DNA of 64,000 nucleotides. Source: an uncultured Pelagibacteraceae bacterium (lineage in GTDB: Bacteria; Pseudomonadota; Alphaproteobacteria; Pelagibacterales; Pelagibacteraceae). This document shows positions 29,963 through 39,855 of the stretch, in pieces. The notes under the pieces were generated by a model. That model saw only the letters and a program-made list of their open reading frames with translations, searched no databases and was not told the DNA's origin. The position numbers and the translations under genes are program-made. Every line of letters begins with the position of its first letter. The first letter of the stretch is position 1. Where the stretch lies: NCBI GenBank assembly GCA_902581405.1, contig CACHOJ010000004.1, positions 13,527-77,526 of the forward strand, given 5' to 3'.

Positions 29963-30919
29963 ATGAAAAGAATTCTGATTATTGGAGGTGGTGCAATGGG
30001 GTCAGCCTTTTCTGTTCCATGTATAGATAATAATCATAAAGTATTTATAACAGAGCCATATAGTCAAAGATTTATAAAAAGTTTATCATCAAAAAATAAA
30101 TTTCATTCAGGCTTAAAATTAAATCTTTCAAAAAAACTAATATTTAAAAAATATTCCAAAGAATTACTTTTGGAAAAATACGATCTTATTGTTGTAGCAT
30201 TAAGCTTAACAGGTATCGATTTTATAGCGAAAGAATTAAAAAAATCTAAAGTAAAATCTCCAATTTTAGTACTTACAAAAGGTCTAAAATATGAGAAGCA
30301 AAATAAAAACATTATGACTATTTCACAAACCCTTTTAAAAAGTAATCCTAAATTAAATGTATCAGTTTTGAAAGGACCATGTTTAGCTAAAGAGTTATCT
30401 AGAAGATGCCAAACAAGTGTGATCATCGCCAACAAAAATATTCAGATTGCAAAATTGTTAGGTAAAATGATTTCAACAAAATACTATTTAATCGAATATT
30501 CTAAAGATGTGGTTGGTGTTGAAATATGTTCAGCAATAAAAAATATTTATTCTATGATAATAGGCTCTGGTTTGAGTTTAAATAAATCTTCAAGTTTGTT
30601 TCAAAAATCATTGTTAGAAATGAAACACATAACTAAAAGTTTAAAAGGAAAAAAAGATACGGTTTTAAGTTTAGCAGGTATAGGAGACTTGTATGTAAGT
30701 GCTGCGGGTGGAAGAAATAGTAAAATGGGAAACTATTTGGGACAAGGTTTTACTTTCCAAAGAGCTAAAAAAACGTTTATGGCAAATGATACTGTAGAAG
30801 GCGAACAACTTGTAAGAGAAATTGGACCTTTTATTCTAAAAAAGTTTAATTCAAGGAAAATACCTTTAATGTTTAAAATGATTAGAGCAATTCTAAAAAA
30901 TAAAAAATTCTTTATTTAA
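29963..30919 (+). CDS. gpsA: NAD(P)H-dependent glycerol-3-phosphate dehydrogenase, divergent
   Basis: GGGAMG, LTKG, GPCLAKE, DVVGVE..AIKN, GIGDLYVS..GRN, TVEG. Confidence 0.8.
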   Translation: MKRILIIGGGAMGSAFSVPCIDNNHKVFITEPYSQRFIKSLSSKNKFHSGLKLNLSKKLIFKKYSKELLLEKYDLIVVALSLTGIDFIAKELKKSKVKSPILVLTKGLKYEKQNKNIMTISQTLLKSNPKLNVSVLKGPCLAKELSRRCQTSVIIANKNIQIAKLLGKMISTKYYLIEYSKDVVGVEICSAIKNIYSMIIGSGLSLNKSSSLFQKSLLEMKHITKSLKGKKDTVLSLAGIGDLYVSAAGGRNSKMGNYLGQGFTFQRAKKTFMANDTVEGEQLVREIGPFILKKFNSRKIPLMFKMIRAILKNKKFFI

Positions 30920-31031
30920 AAAATATTATATTTATTGACTTTTTGAGATACAAAGACTTTTTATACCTATTGTCATTCATTTCTCTCGCTGATACATTTC
31001 AATAGTTAATCAACGAAAAGAGGGGAAATCA

Positions 31032-32360
31032 ATGATTAAAAAAATAATAATAACTGTTTGCACTCTAATATTTTTTGTAACTAATATTAGTTTTGCAGAC
31101 ATCACTTTTTGGACTACAGAAGTTCAACCAGCTAGAATGGCAAAACAAGAAGCTATGGCTAAGGATTTTGAGGCTAAAACTGGCATAAAGGTTGAAGTTA
31201 TTCCTGTAGAAGAAAAAGATTTAGGAACAAGAGCAACAGCCGCAGCTGCAGCTGGTGATCTCCCAGATGTAATATATCATACTTTACAATATGTTTTACC
31301 TTGGGCTGAAGCTGGAATATTAGATGTAGATGCTAATAATAAAGTTGTGAAAGAACTTGGCAAAAAAACTTTTGCACCAGGTGCATTAAACATGGCTAAA
31401 AGTGGATCTAAAATAGCAGCAGTTCCAGTTGATGGTTGGACACAAATGGTTGTGTACAGAAAAGATTTATTTGAAAAAGCAGGTCTTGAACCGCCAACAA
31501 GTTATGAAAATATAACTAAAGCAGTAGAAGCACTTTCAGGAGATGGAATGTTTGGTTTTGTTGCTGCTACTAAAACTGATGAAAATTTTATGAGTCAGGT
31601 TTTAGAGCATGTTCTTTTAGCAAATGGAGTAAACGTTGTTAAAAAAGGTGGAGTTAAAAAACAAGGTAAAAAGTTAAAGGCAGCTTTAGAGTTTTATAAA
31701 GTTATTGCAAACGCAAGTCCTCCAGGAGAATTGTATTGGAAACAGTCTAGAGAATTATACTTTGCAGGAAAAACTCCAATGATAATTTGGTCACCATTTA
31801 TAATGGATGAACTTGCAGGCTTAAGAGACTCTGCGCCTCCAACAATAAATGACGATCCTACCTCTAGCGAACTAGCTTCGAAGACAGGTTTTATTACTAA
31901 ATTCAAAGGACCTAATAATAATAAAGGAGCTGCATGGGCGGATATTAGATATTTTGGTATAACAGCTGATGCAGATACTGAAGAGGCAAGTGCATTCATT
32001 AAATATTCAATGGATGAAGGTTACACAAAAACTTTATCAATCGCACCAGAAGGTAAATTTCCTGTGAGAAGAGGAAATGCAAGTGATCCTGAAGCATTTA
32101 CAAAAGCATGGAGTAAATTACCTGTAGGAGTTGATAGAAAAGCACCTTTATCAGAATTATACTCTGAGGATGTTATTAATAACATTGTAGCTGGTTTAGA
32201 CAAAGCTACTAGATGGGGTGTTAAAGAAGGTGAACTCGCTAGAGCTTCTAAAATTATAAATAATAAGTTTATAAATAGAATAACTAGATTATACGTTGAC
32301 GGGCAGATTGATATTGATCAAGCGGTAGACATGATCAATCAAAAACTGGCTCAATTCTAG
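31032..32360 (+). CDS. Sugar (CUT1) ABC transporter substrate-binding protein
   Basis: Signal peptide; FEAKTGIKV, AAAGDLPDV, AVPVDGW..VYRKDLFEKAGL.PP motifs; RBS AGAGGGG. Confidence 0.9.
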   Translation: MIKKIIITVCTLIFFVTNISFADITFWTTEVQPARMAKQEAMAKDFEAKTGIKVEVIPVEEKDLGTRATAAAAAGDLPDVIYHTLQYVLPWAEAGILDVDANNKVVKELGKKTFAPGALNMAKSGSKIAAVPVDGWTQMVVYRKDLFEKAGLEPPTSYENITKAVEALSGDGMFGFVAATKTDENFMSQVLEHVLLANGVNVVKKGGVKKQGKKLKAALEFYKVIANASPPGELYWKQSRELYFAGKTPMIIWSPFIMDELAGLRDSAPPTINDDPTSSELASKTGFITKFKGPNNNKGAAWADIRYFGITADADTEEASAFIKYSMDEGYTKTLSIAPEGKFPVRRGNASDPEAFTKAWSKLPVGVDRKAPLSELYSEDVINNIVAGLDKATRWGVKEGELARASKIINNKFINRITRLYVDGQIDIDQAVDMINQKLAQF

Positions 32361-32381
32361 ATTATAAATTAAATTTTAATG

Positions 32382-32410
32382 AAAGCGGATAATGTGTATT
32401 ATCCGCTTTT
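32382..32410 (+). terminator. Stem-loop after the sugar SBP gene
   Basis: AAAGCGGATAAT-gtgt-ATTATCCGCTTT(T), perfect 12-bp stem. Confidence 0.8.
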
Positions 32411-32413
32411 ATT

Positions 32414-33673
32414 ATGAGCGATACACTTTCAAAAATTGAAAAAAGAACTGCTTATATTTTATTATTACCAGCAGTTTTTCTCGTTTTTTCAATAATATTG
32501 TTTCCTATATTTGCCAATGTTTGGATTAGTTTTAAGGAAGTAGGTTTAAAAGATATAAGAATACCTGAACCAAGAGCAAAAAAAATAGTTAAATCTGTAA
32601 AAGAAAGCCCTGATAAAATTAAAATAATTTACAAGTTAAGAAATAGTTCATTAATATTAGATATTAGGGATGTTAAATTTCTAGACAAGATCCCAAAAAA
32701 TACAGAACCATTAAATTTAGATGAAAGATGTAAACTTAAATCATTAATAATAAATTGTAATTTTGGAGATTGGAAAGCTAAGTATAAAGAGAATTTTCAA
32801 ATAATACTTGTCAACAATTCAGGGGAGAAAATTGATAAAAAAGAAATTAAATCAATCAAACCAAAACTATCAGGTAAATCAGATAATATTCTTTTAAATA
32901 CAAATTTTACGTTAAAAAATTTTAAAAAAGTTTTTTTTCAAAATGAATTTTTTGATTTACTGTCTACAACTTTTTATTATACTTTTTTTGGCACAGTAGG
33001 ATCAATAGTATTTGGAATTTTAGCAGCTCAGCTCGTAAACCAAAAATTTTTTGGAAGAACATTTATGAGAAGTATTCTTCTTTTTCCATATGTAGGACCT
33101 GTTGTAGCATTAGCATATACGTGGGAACTATTATTGGATCCTTACAGCGGAACATTAAACAATCTATTATTAAATTTTCAAATTATTCAGGAACCTCTAA
33201 ATTTATTAGGTCAAAAATATTTAACTATTAATTTTTTTGGTTTTGATTTAAAGCTTAGACTAGCCTTAACAACTGTCATTATTTTTGAAATTTGGCGATA
33301 CTTTCCATTAGCTTTTTTATTTATACTTGCTCGACTACAGGCTGTTCCAAAAGAATTATATGAGGCTGCAGATGTCGATGGAGCTGGCCCACTTCAAAAA
33401 TTTATTAGCATAACACTGCCGCAGATTATGGCAGTAATATCAATTTTGTTTATGATTAGATTTATTTGGAATTTTAATAAATTTGAAGATATTTTCTTAC
33501 TTACTGGAGGAGCGTCAGGTACTAGGACATTGCCAATTAATGTTTATGAGCAAGGTTTCACAATATCTGATATTGGAATGGGATCTGCTGTATCAATAGT
33601 TATAGTTTTGCTTCTTTTAATATTTATGTTTATTTATTTTAGACTATTAGGAAGGCGAGCTGATGAAAATTAA
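32414..33673 (+). CDS. Sugar ABC permease (MalF-like) with a large periplasmic insert
   Basis: EAA loop ELYEAADVDGAG..KFISITLP; TGG..GT.TL. Confidence 0.9.
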   Translation: MSDTLSKIEKRTAYILLLPAVFLVFSIILFPIFANVWISFKEVGLKDIRIPEPRAKKIVKSVKESPDKIKIIYKLRNSSLILDIRDVKFLDKIPKNTEPLNLDERCKLKSLIINCNFGDWKAKYKENFQIILVNNSGEKIDKKEIKSIKPKLSGKSDNILLNTNFTLKNFKKVFFQNEFFDLLSTTFYYTFFGTVGSIVFGILAAQLVNQKFFGRTFMRSILLFPYVGPVVALAYTWELLLDPYSGTLNNLLLNFQIIQEPLNLLGQKYLTINFFGFDLKLRLALTTVIIFEIWRYFPLAFLFILARLQAVPKELYEAADVDGAGPLQKFISITLPQIMAVISILFMIRFIWNFNKFEDIFLLTGGASGTRTLPINVYEQGFTISDIGMGSAVSIVIVLLLLIFMFIYFRLLGRRADEN

Positions 33674-34856
33674 AAGTCTAATATTATATTGTTTAATTTC
33701 ATCTATTTTTCTATTTTCCCTAGTCTCCATTTGGAAAGTTTTATCAACATTACAAGGAATAGATCTTGAAAATTTTAATTTCGCAATTATCCTAACTTTA
33801 GGAATTGGAATATCTCTAATAAATTTGATTATTGGAAACAAGCTTCATAAAGCTATAAAGTCAATAATATTTGCAATTTTATTTACCTTAGTTGATGGAT
33901 ATTTAGTCCAATCGATGCCTATTTGGTACAATATTGGCATCTTTGGAATTTTAATTTTTTACTCTTTTAAAATTGATAAATATAATCAAAAAAACCTAGA
34001 TCTTGATCATTCATCTCAAACAGTTGTATTTGAATTTTTAACTCTTTTTGGAATTGTATTATTTTCTTTTGTAATTTTATTTCCATTTTACATGATGATA
34101 GTTACTAGCTTTAAAACACAAACTGCACTGCTTATAAATCCTTTGGACTTTAGTATTAATTTTGCTCAAGATATTAAAGAACTGTTTAAATCTTACTTTG
34201 TCATATTTGATACTTATAAATTTGGAAGATATATACTTATCAGTACATTTGTATCAGTTGGTACAGTTATAATCACATTAATTTTTGCTATTCCAGCTGC
34301 ATACGCAGTTGCAAGACTAAATTTTTTTGGAAAAAACTTTTTGTCTACTTCAATATTAATTATTTATATGTTTCCTGCTATAGTTTTAGTAATACCTTTA
34401 TATACTGTATTTAGTCAGCTAGGGTTAAGAAATAATGTAGGTGGGCTTTTAATAGTATATACAGCAACTACTTTGCCAGTTGCGATATACATGCTTCAAG
34501 GATATTTCAAAAGTATACCTAAGGAATTAGAAGAAGCTGCTATTATGGATAAATTAAACTGGTTTGGAATTATTATTAAAATTATTTTACCATTAAGTAT
34601 TCCTGCCATTTCTTCAGTTGCTCTTTATGTATTTATGATTGCATGGAATGAATTCTTGTTTTCTTTAATGTTTCTAGATAATCCAAATTCATTTACTTTA
34701 TCAAGAGCGATACAATATTTGAGTGGTGATGCAGAAACCCCTAGACAATATTTAATGGCAGGATCAGTTGTAGTCACTATTCCAGTTTTATTTATTTTTG
34801 TTTATTTTGAAAAATATTTAGTAAGTGGACTAACTGCTGGAAGTGTAAAGGGTTAA
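33663..34856 (+). CDS. Sugar ABC permease (MalG-like) with an N-terminal TM extension
   Basis: AAYAVARLNF.G, IPKELEEAA, AWNEFLF, GLTAGSVKG C-terminus. Confidence 0.9.
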   Translation: MKIKSLILYCLISSIFLFSLVSIWKVLSTLQGIDLENFNFAIILTLGIGISLINLIIGNKLHKAIKSIIFAILFTLVDGYLVQSMPIWYNIGIFGILIFYSFKIDKYNQKNLDLDHSSQTVVFEFLTLFGIVLFSFVILFPFYMMIVTSFKTQTALLINPLDFSINFAQDIKELFKSYFVIFDTYKFGRYILISTFVSVGTVIITLIFAIPAAYAVARLNFFGKNFLSTSILIIYMFPAIVLVIPLYTVFSQLGLRNNVGGLLIVYTATTLPVAIYMLQGYFKSIPKELEEAAIMDKLNWFGIIIKIILPLSIPAISSVALYVFMIAWNEFLFSLMFLDNPNSFTLSRAIQYLSGDAETPRQYLMAGSVVVTIPVLFIFVYFEKYLVSGLTAGSVKG

Positions 34857-36121
34857 TGAAAAAATTTATTAATTCAGCTAAAAAAGTGTTATTAGGTAAT
34901 AAAAAAAATGGATACACTTTACCAACCAATAATAAATTATACCCAGCTCAATGGAATTGGGACTCTGGATTTATAGCTTTAGGTTATTCACATTTTAAAC
35001 TTAAATATGCTTTAGATGAATTAAATACACTTATTAGAGGTCAATGGAAAGATGGAATGATACCACATATTTTGTTTCATGATTTAAATACTAATTATTA
35101 TCCAAACCATTCTGTTTGGGCTTGTGGAAATAAAATTCATTCATCTGGAATTACCCAACCTCCAATTTTAGCAATAATAATAAAATTAATTTTTGATAAA
35201 TATAAAATTAAAAAAGAAAAAGCTGAATTTAAAAAAATTATTAAATGTGTTTTAAAATATCACAAATGGTTCATTAAATTTAGAGACCCAAATAATTCAG
35301 GATTAGTCTCAATTTTACATCCATGGGAGAGTGGATATGACAATTCACCTCTTTGGGATGATCCGATGAGTAAAGTAAAAATTCCAAAGAATTTAAAATA
35401 CAAAAGGGGCGATAACAAAGTGGTTAACCCTGAATACAGACCTTTAGACATAGATTATGATAGATATGTAACAATTAAAAATCACTTAAGAAAAAATAAT
35501 TATAATCCAAACAAACTTTTCAAAGCTTCGTTATTTAATGTTGTTGATGTTGGATTTAATTCGATATTTTTGAGGGCAAATAAAGATCTTGTTAAACTAT
35601 TAAAAATGTTTGATTTGAAAAGTAATGAAATAGAAACGTATATTTCGAGATCTGAGAAAAAAATTGTTAAACTATATAATAAAAAAAATAATAGTTTTTT
35701 TAATCTTGATTTAAAAAATAAAAAAAAAATAAAAATCCCATCTATCACAAATTATTTTATTTTAATTGCTGATTTAAAAGATAAAAAATTAAATAATAAT
35801 ATTATCAAAAACCTAAAAAAACATAGCAATAAAGAAAAATATTTTTTTTCAAGTATAAAATCAAATCATCGAAAATTTGAAGAAAAAAGATATTGGCGAG
35901 GCCCAGTGTGGATAAACTGTAATTGGATTATCTATCAAGGATTAAAAAATAAAGATAATAGATTTGCAAATCAAATAAAAAAGAAAACAATCGATCTTGT
36001 AAAACAAAAAGGTTTTAATGAATATTTTAGTTGCAAAACTGGAAAAGGATTTGGCGCAACCAACTTTTCATGGACTGCATCCTTATTTTTAGATTTAATT
36101 TTAGAGAATAAATATGAGTAA
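34856..36121 (+). CDS. GH63-like (alpha/alpha)6 glycoside hydrolase (mannosylglycerate/glucosylglycerate/glucosylglycerol hydrolase-like)
   Basis: YPAQWNWDSGFIALG, ITQPP, HPWESGYDNSP, YWRGPVWINCNW, GFNEYF, FSWTA. Confidence 0.83.
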   Translation: MKKFINSAKKVLLGNKKNGYTLPTNNKLYPAQWNWDSGFIALGYSHFKLKYALDELNTLIRGQWKDGMIPHILFHDLNTNYYPNHSVWACGNKIHSSGITQPPILAIIIKLIFDKYKIKKEKAEFKKIIKCVLKYHKWFIKFRDPNNSGLVSILHPWESGYDNSPLWDDPMSKVKIPKNLKYKRGDNKVVNPEYRPLDIDYDRYVTIKNHLRKNNYNPNKLFKASLFNVVDVGFNSIFLRANKDLVKLLKMFDLKSNEIETYISRSEKKIVKLYNKKNNSFFNLDLKNKKKIKIPSITNYFILIADLKDKKLNNNIIKNLKKHSNKEKYFFSSIKSNHRKFEEKRYWRGPVWINCNWIIYQGLKNKDNRFANQIKKKTIDLVKQKGFNEYFSCKTGKGFGATNFSWTASLFLDLILENKYE

Positions 36122-37277
36122 TAATAATTGGAATTATCCTACTACTATCTGGGTTGGCAAAGATAGAATAAAAGATCTTTATTTGGCCTGTTCAAATTTA
36201 AAAATTCAAAATCCTTTATTTGTTACGGATAAGGATTTGATAAACTTACCAATGGTTAAAGAGGTAATTTCAAAAATTAAAAATAGAATTAATAATATAG
36301 TAGTGTTCTCTGATTTTTCAGGAAATCCTTTTGGTGAGAATGTTGAAGAAGGTGTTAAAGAATTTAAGAAAAATAATTGTGATGGGGTAATTGCTTTTGG
36401 AGGTGGTAGTGGACTTGATGTGGGAAAAGCAATTGCATTTATGTCTGCACAAACAAGACCTATATGGGACTTTGAGGATATTGGAGATTATTGGAAAAGA
36501 GCAAATAATGAAAATATACCTCCTATAATTGCTATTCCAACCACAGCAGGAACTGGTTCAGAAACAGGTAGAGCTTCTGCGATAATAAATAAAGAAACTG
36601 GAGTTAAAAAAATAATTTTCCATCCAAAATTTTTACCATCAATAGTTATTTTAGACCCAATTTTAACAAAAGATCTTTCTCCAAGATTAACAGGAGCAAC
36701 AGGCATGGATGCACTAGCACATAATTTAGAGGCGTTTTGTGCACCAGGCTTTCATCCTATGGCTGATGGAATTGCAATTGAAGGAATGAAACTAATAAAG
36801 AAATCTTTATTAAATGCAGTCCATAATGGTAATGACCTTGATGCAAGATCTGATTTATTAGCTGCTGCCAGTATGGGTTCAACCGCTTTTCAGAAAGGTC
36901 TTGGTGCCATTCATTCATTAAGCCATCCATTAAATGCTAAGTTCAATATTCATCATGGATTATCTAACGCAATATTCATGCCATATGTATTAACTTTCAA
37001 TAGAGAAGCTATAGAAGAGAGAATTATTTCTATTTGTGATTATCTTAATTTATCGAAAAGTTTTAATTCTTTCTTAGAGTGGATACTAGATTTAAGAAAA
37101 GAATTAGAAATACCTCATAAATTATCAGATGTGATTGATATAAATAAGCTCGATATAGATGAACTCTCTGAAATGGCTTTGAATGACCCGTCAACTGCAT
37201 CTAACCCCAAAACATTGACAATTTCTGATATGAAAATAATTTACAAAAATAGCATCTCTGGAGAATTGTTTAAATGA
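36114..37277 (+). CDS. Iron-containing alcohol dehydrogenase
   Basis: GGGSGLDVGK, PTTAGTGSE, GMDALAHNLE, GAIHSLSH, HHGLSN. Confidence 0.92.
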   Translation: MSNNNWNYPTTIWVGKDRIKDLYLACSNLKIQNPLFVTDKDLINLPMVKEVISKIKNRINNIVVFSDFSGNPFGENVEEGVKEFKKNNCDGVIAFGGGSGLDVGKAIAFMSAQTRPIWDFEDIGDYWKRANNENIPPIIAIPTTAGTGSETGRASAIINKETGVKKIIFHPKFLPSIVILDPILTKDLSPRLTGATGMDALAHNLEAFCAPGFHPMADGIAIEGMKLIKKSLLNAVHNGNDLDARSDLLAAASMGSTAFQKGLGAIHSLSHPLNAKFNIHHGLSNAIFMPYVLTFNREAIEERIISICDYLNLSKSFNSFLEWILDLRKELEIPHKLSDVIDINKLDIDELSEMALNDPSTASNPKTLTISDMKIIYKNSISGELFK

Positions 37278-38059
37278 AAAAGATATTAATAGTTGAAGGT
37301 AATCTTAAAGAGGAAAATCAAAGTTTTACTGAAGGTGGAATAAAAACTCACACTGAAAGTCTAAAAGATAGTATTAGTTATTTCACAAATGATTTAGAAA
37401 TTGATGTAGTTAATCCTTCATCTGATAAAAATATTTCAGAAGTAGCAAAAGGTTTAGAAAAATTTGATGGAATGATCTGGGGAGGAAGTAGTTTAAATAT
37501 ATATAATGATACACTAGAAATAAGAAGACAAATAGAATTTATGAGATCATGTCAAAATAAAATAAAGAAAATACTAGCAATTTGTTGGGGTCTTCAGGTA
37601 GCCGCTACAGTTGCTGGAGGACAAGTAAAAAGATGCATGACTGGATCTCATAGAGGAATAGCCCATAATATTGAGATCAATAGTAGTGGATTGCAACATC
37701 CAATTTATAAAAATAAAAGTGAAACTTTTAACACTCCTGCATTCAATTTTGATGAAGTTGTAAAATTACCTAAAAATTCAATCTTGTTGGCCTCAAATCC
37801 TATAAATAAAGTTATGGGGGTCAATTTCAAATCTGGAGTAAGTGATATTTGGGGAATTCAATATCACCCAGAAATTACTTATGATAAAATGATAAGTCTT
37901 ATTCATTTTAGAAAAGATCGTCTGTTAAATAATAAAGCTTTTGTTGATGAGCAGGAGATAAACAATCATGTAGCTATGATTGCAGAGGAAAATAAAAAAT
38001 CAAATAAAGATCTTAGAATGCGAGAACTTGAAAATTGGTTAAATTATCTTTTAAAATAA
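37274..38059 (+). CDS. Class I glutamine amidotransferase-like hydrolase (stand-alone)
   Basis: Nucleophile AICWGLQ and QYHPE, giving a Cys-His-Glu triad. Confidence 0.85.
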   Translation: MKKILIVEGNLKEENQSFTEGGIKTHTESLKDSISYFTNDLEIDVVNPSSDKNISEVAKGLEKFDGMIWGGSSLNIYNDTLEIRRQIEFMRSCQNKIKKILAICWGLQVAATVAGGQVKRCMTGSHRGIAHNIEINSSGLQHPIYKNKSETFNTPAFNFDEVVKLPKNSILLASNPINKVMGVNFKSGVSDIWGIQYHPEITYDKMISLIHFRKDRLLNNKAFVDEQEINNHVAMIAEENKKSNKDLRMRELENWLNYLLK

Positions 38060-39727
38060 ACCTTCTGTTTCACCTTTATCATTAATTTTTATTTTATCTG
38101 CAGCTGGCACCTTTGGTAACCCAGGCATAGTCATTATTGCACCGCAAACAACTACGATAAATTCTGCTCCTGATGATAACCTTACTTCTCTTATTGGTAG
38201 GACATGTCCGGATGGTGCACCTTTTAAATTAGGGTCTGTAGAAAAACTATATTGAGTCTTTGCAATACAAATTGGCAAGGATTGGTAACCTGTCTCTTCA
38301 AAATTTTTTAATTGTTCTCTTATTTTGGTATCCGCTACAACTTCACTTGCTCTATATAATTCCTTAGCAATCGTCTCAATTTTTTTAAACAATGATATTT
38401 TATCATCGTATAAAAATTTGAAGTTACTTCCTTTTTCACATAGTTCAGCAACATTATTTGCTAAATCTACTGCTCCTTCTCCACCTTTTTCCCAATGTTT
38501 TGATATTGATGCTGTTACACCTTTTTGCTGACAAAATTTTATAACTTCATCGACTTCTTTGTCTGTATCCAAAACAAAGTGATTAATAGCTACAGTGACA
38601 GGTAAGCCAAATTTTTGAATATTTTCAATATGTCTATCTAAATTCACCAATCCTTTTTTTACAGCATCTATATTTTCATTTTTAAGCTCATCTTTGTTAA
38701 CACCACCGTGCATTTTTAATGCTCTTATAGTTGCTACAATCACCACACAACTTGGTTTTAATCCTGATTTTCTACATTTTATATCTAAGAATTTTTCAGC
38801 ACCTAGATCGGCACCAAATCCTGCTTCAGTAACAACATAGTCTGAAAGTTTTAATGCAGTTTTAGTTGCTAATACAGAATTACAACCATGCGCAATATTA
38901 GCGAAAGGACCTCCATGGATTATTGCGGGATTATTTTCCAAAGTTTGAGTTACATTTGGTCTAATTGCGTCTTTTAACAAAACAGTCATTGGACCATGTG
39001 CATTTAAATCTTTTGCATAAATTGGTTTTTTATCTCTTGTGTAAGCAATAGTTATATTTCCAATTCTATTTTCAAGATCATGTAAATCATTAGATAAACA
39101 AAAGATCGCCATGATTTCAGATGCAACCGTAATGTCAAAACCATCTTCTCTTGGGAAACCATTTGCAACACCACCAAGATTTATATTGATAGATCTTAAT
39201 GCTCTATCATTCATATCAAGCACTCTTTTCCAAACTATTCTTCTTACATCTATATTTAATTTATTACCCCAATAAATATGGTTATCTATTAAAGCAGATA
39301 ATAGATTGTGAGCAGAAGTGATTGCATGAAAGTCACCTGTGAAATGAAGATTTATTTGCTCCATAGGAACAACCTGCGCATAACCACCACCAGCCGCACC
39401 ACCTTTCATTCCAAATGAAGGACCTAAACTTGGCTCTCTTAAACAAACAATAGATTTTTTACCTATTTTATTTAATCCATCTGACAATCCCACTGAAGTG
39501 GTTGTTTTTCCTTCTCCAGCTGGAGTAGGGGTAATTGCTGTAACTAATATTAATTTTCCGTCTTTTTTATTTTTAAATTTTTCAAGATATTCGAGTTTGA
39601 TCTTGGCTATGTATCTACTTATTGGACTATATGCCTCAGCATTATCTGGAACACCAACTCCATCCAAAATCTCTTGAATTGGTTTCATCTTTGCTTCTCT
39701 TGCAATTTGGATATCTGTTTTTGACAT
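38051..39727 (-). CDS. fhs: Formate--tetrahydrofolate ligase
   Basis: [59 protein letters not shown]. Confidence 0.97.
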   Translation of the reverse strand: MSKTDIQIAREAKMKPIQEILDGVGVPDNAEAYSPISRYIAKIKLEYLEKFKNKKDGKLILVTAITPTPAGEGKTTTSVGLSDGLNKIGKKSIVCLREPSLGPSFGMKGGAAGGGYAQVVPMEQINLHFTGDFHAITSAHNLLSALIDNHIYWGNKLNIDVRRIVWKRVLDMNDRALRSININLGGVANGFPREDGFDITVASEIMAIFCLSNDLHDLENRIGNITIAYTRDKKPIYAKDLNAHGPMTVLLKDAIRPNVTQTLENNPAIIHGGPFANIAHGCNSVLATKTALKLSDYVVTEAGFGADLGAEKFLDIKCRKSGLKPSCVVIVATIRALKMHGGVNKDELKNENIDAVKKGLVNLDRHIENIQKFGLPVTVAINHFVLDTDKEVDEVIKFCQQKGVTASISKHWEKGGEGAVDLANNVAELCEKGSNFKFLYDDKISLFKKIETIAKELYRASEVVADTKIREQLKNFEETGYQSLPICIAKTQYSFSTDPNLKGAPSGHVLPIREVRLSSGAEFIVVVCGAIMTMPGLPKVPAADKIKINDKGETEGLF

Positions 39728-39855
39728 TTGGTTTAAAACCTATAATAAATTAATGTGCAAAATTTCTATACTTTTTTAATAGGATTTTAAACATCTAAAA
39801 AATATATATATAAAAAATAAGAAAAAATTTAAGTTTAATTAGATAAAATTATAAA

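Noticed and set aside
28450-36121. Mobile element or integrative island at the glycerol/sugar cassette
   Set aside because: No integrase, transposase, tRNA or flanking direct repeat seen; accessory status is inferred only from function.
39728-39855. Glycine riboswitch upstream of soxB
   Set aside because: The interval is almost pure A/T with no GGAGA/CCGAAG-like cores.
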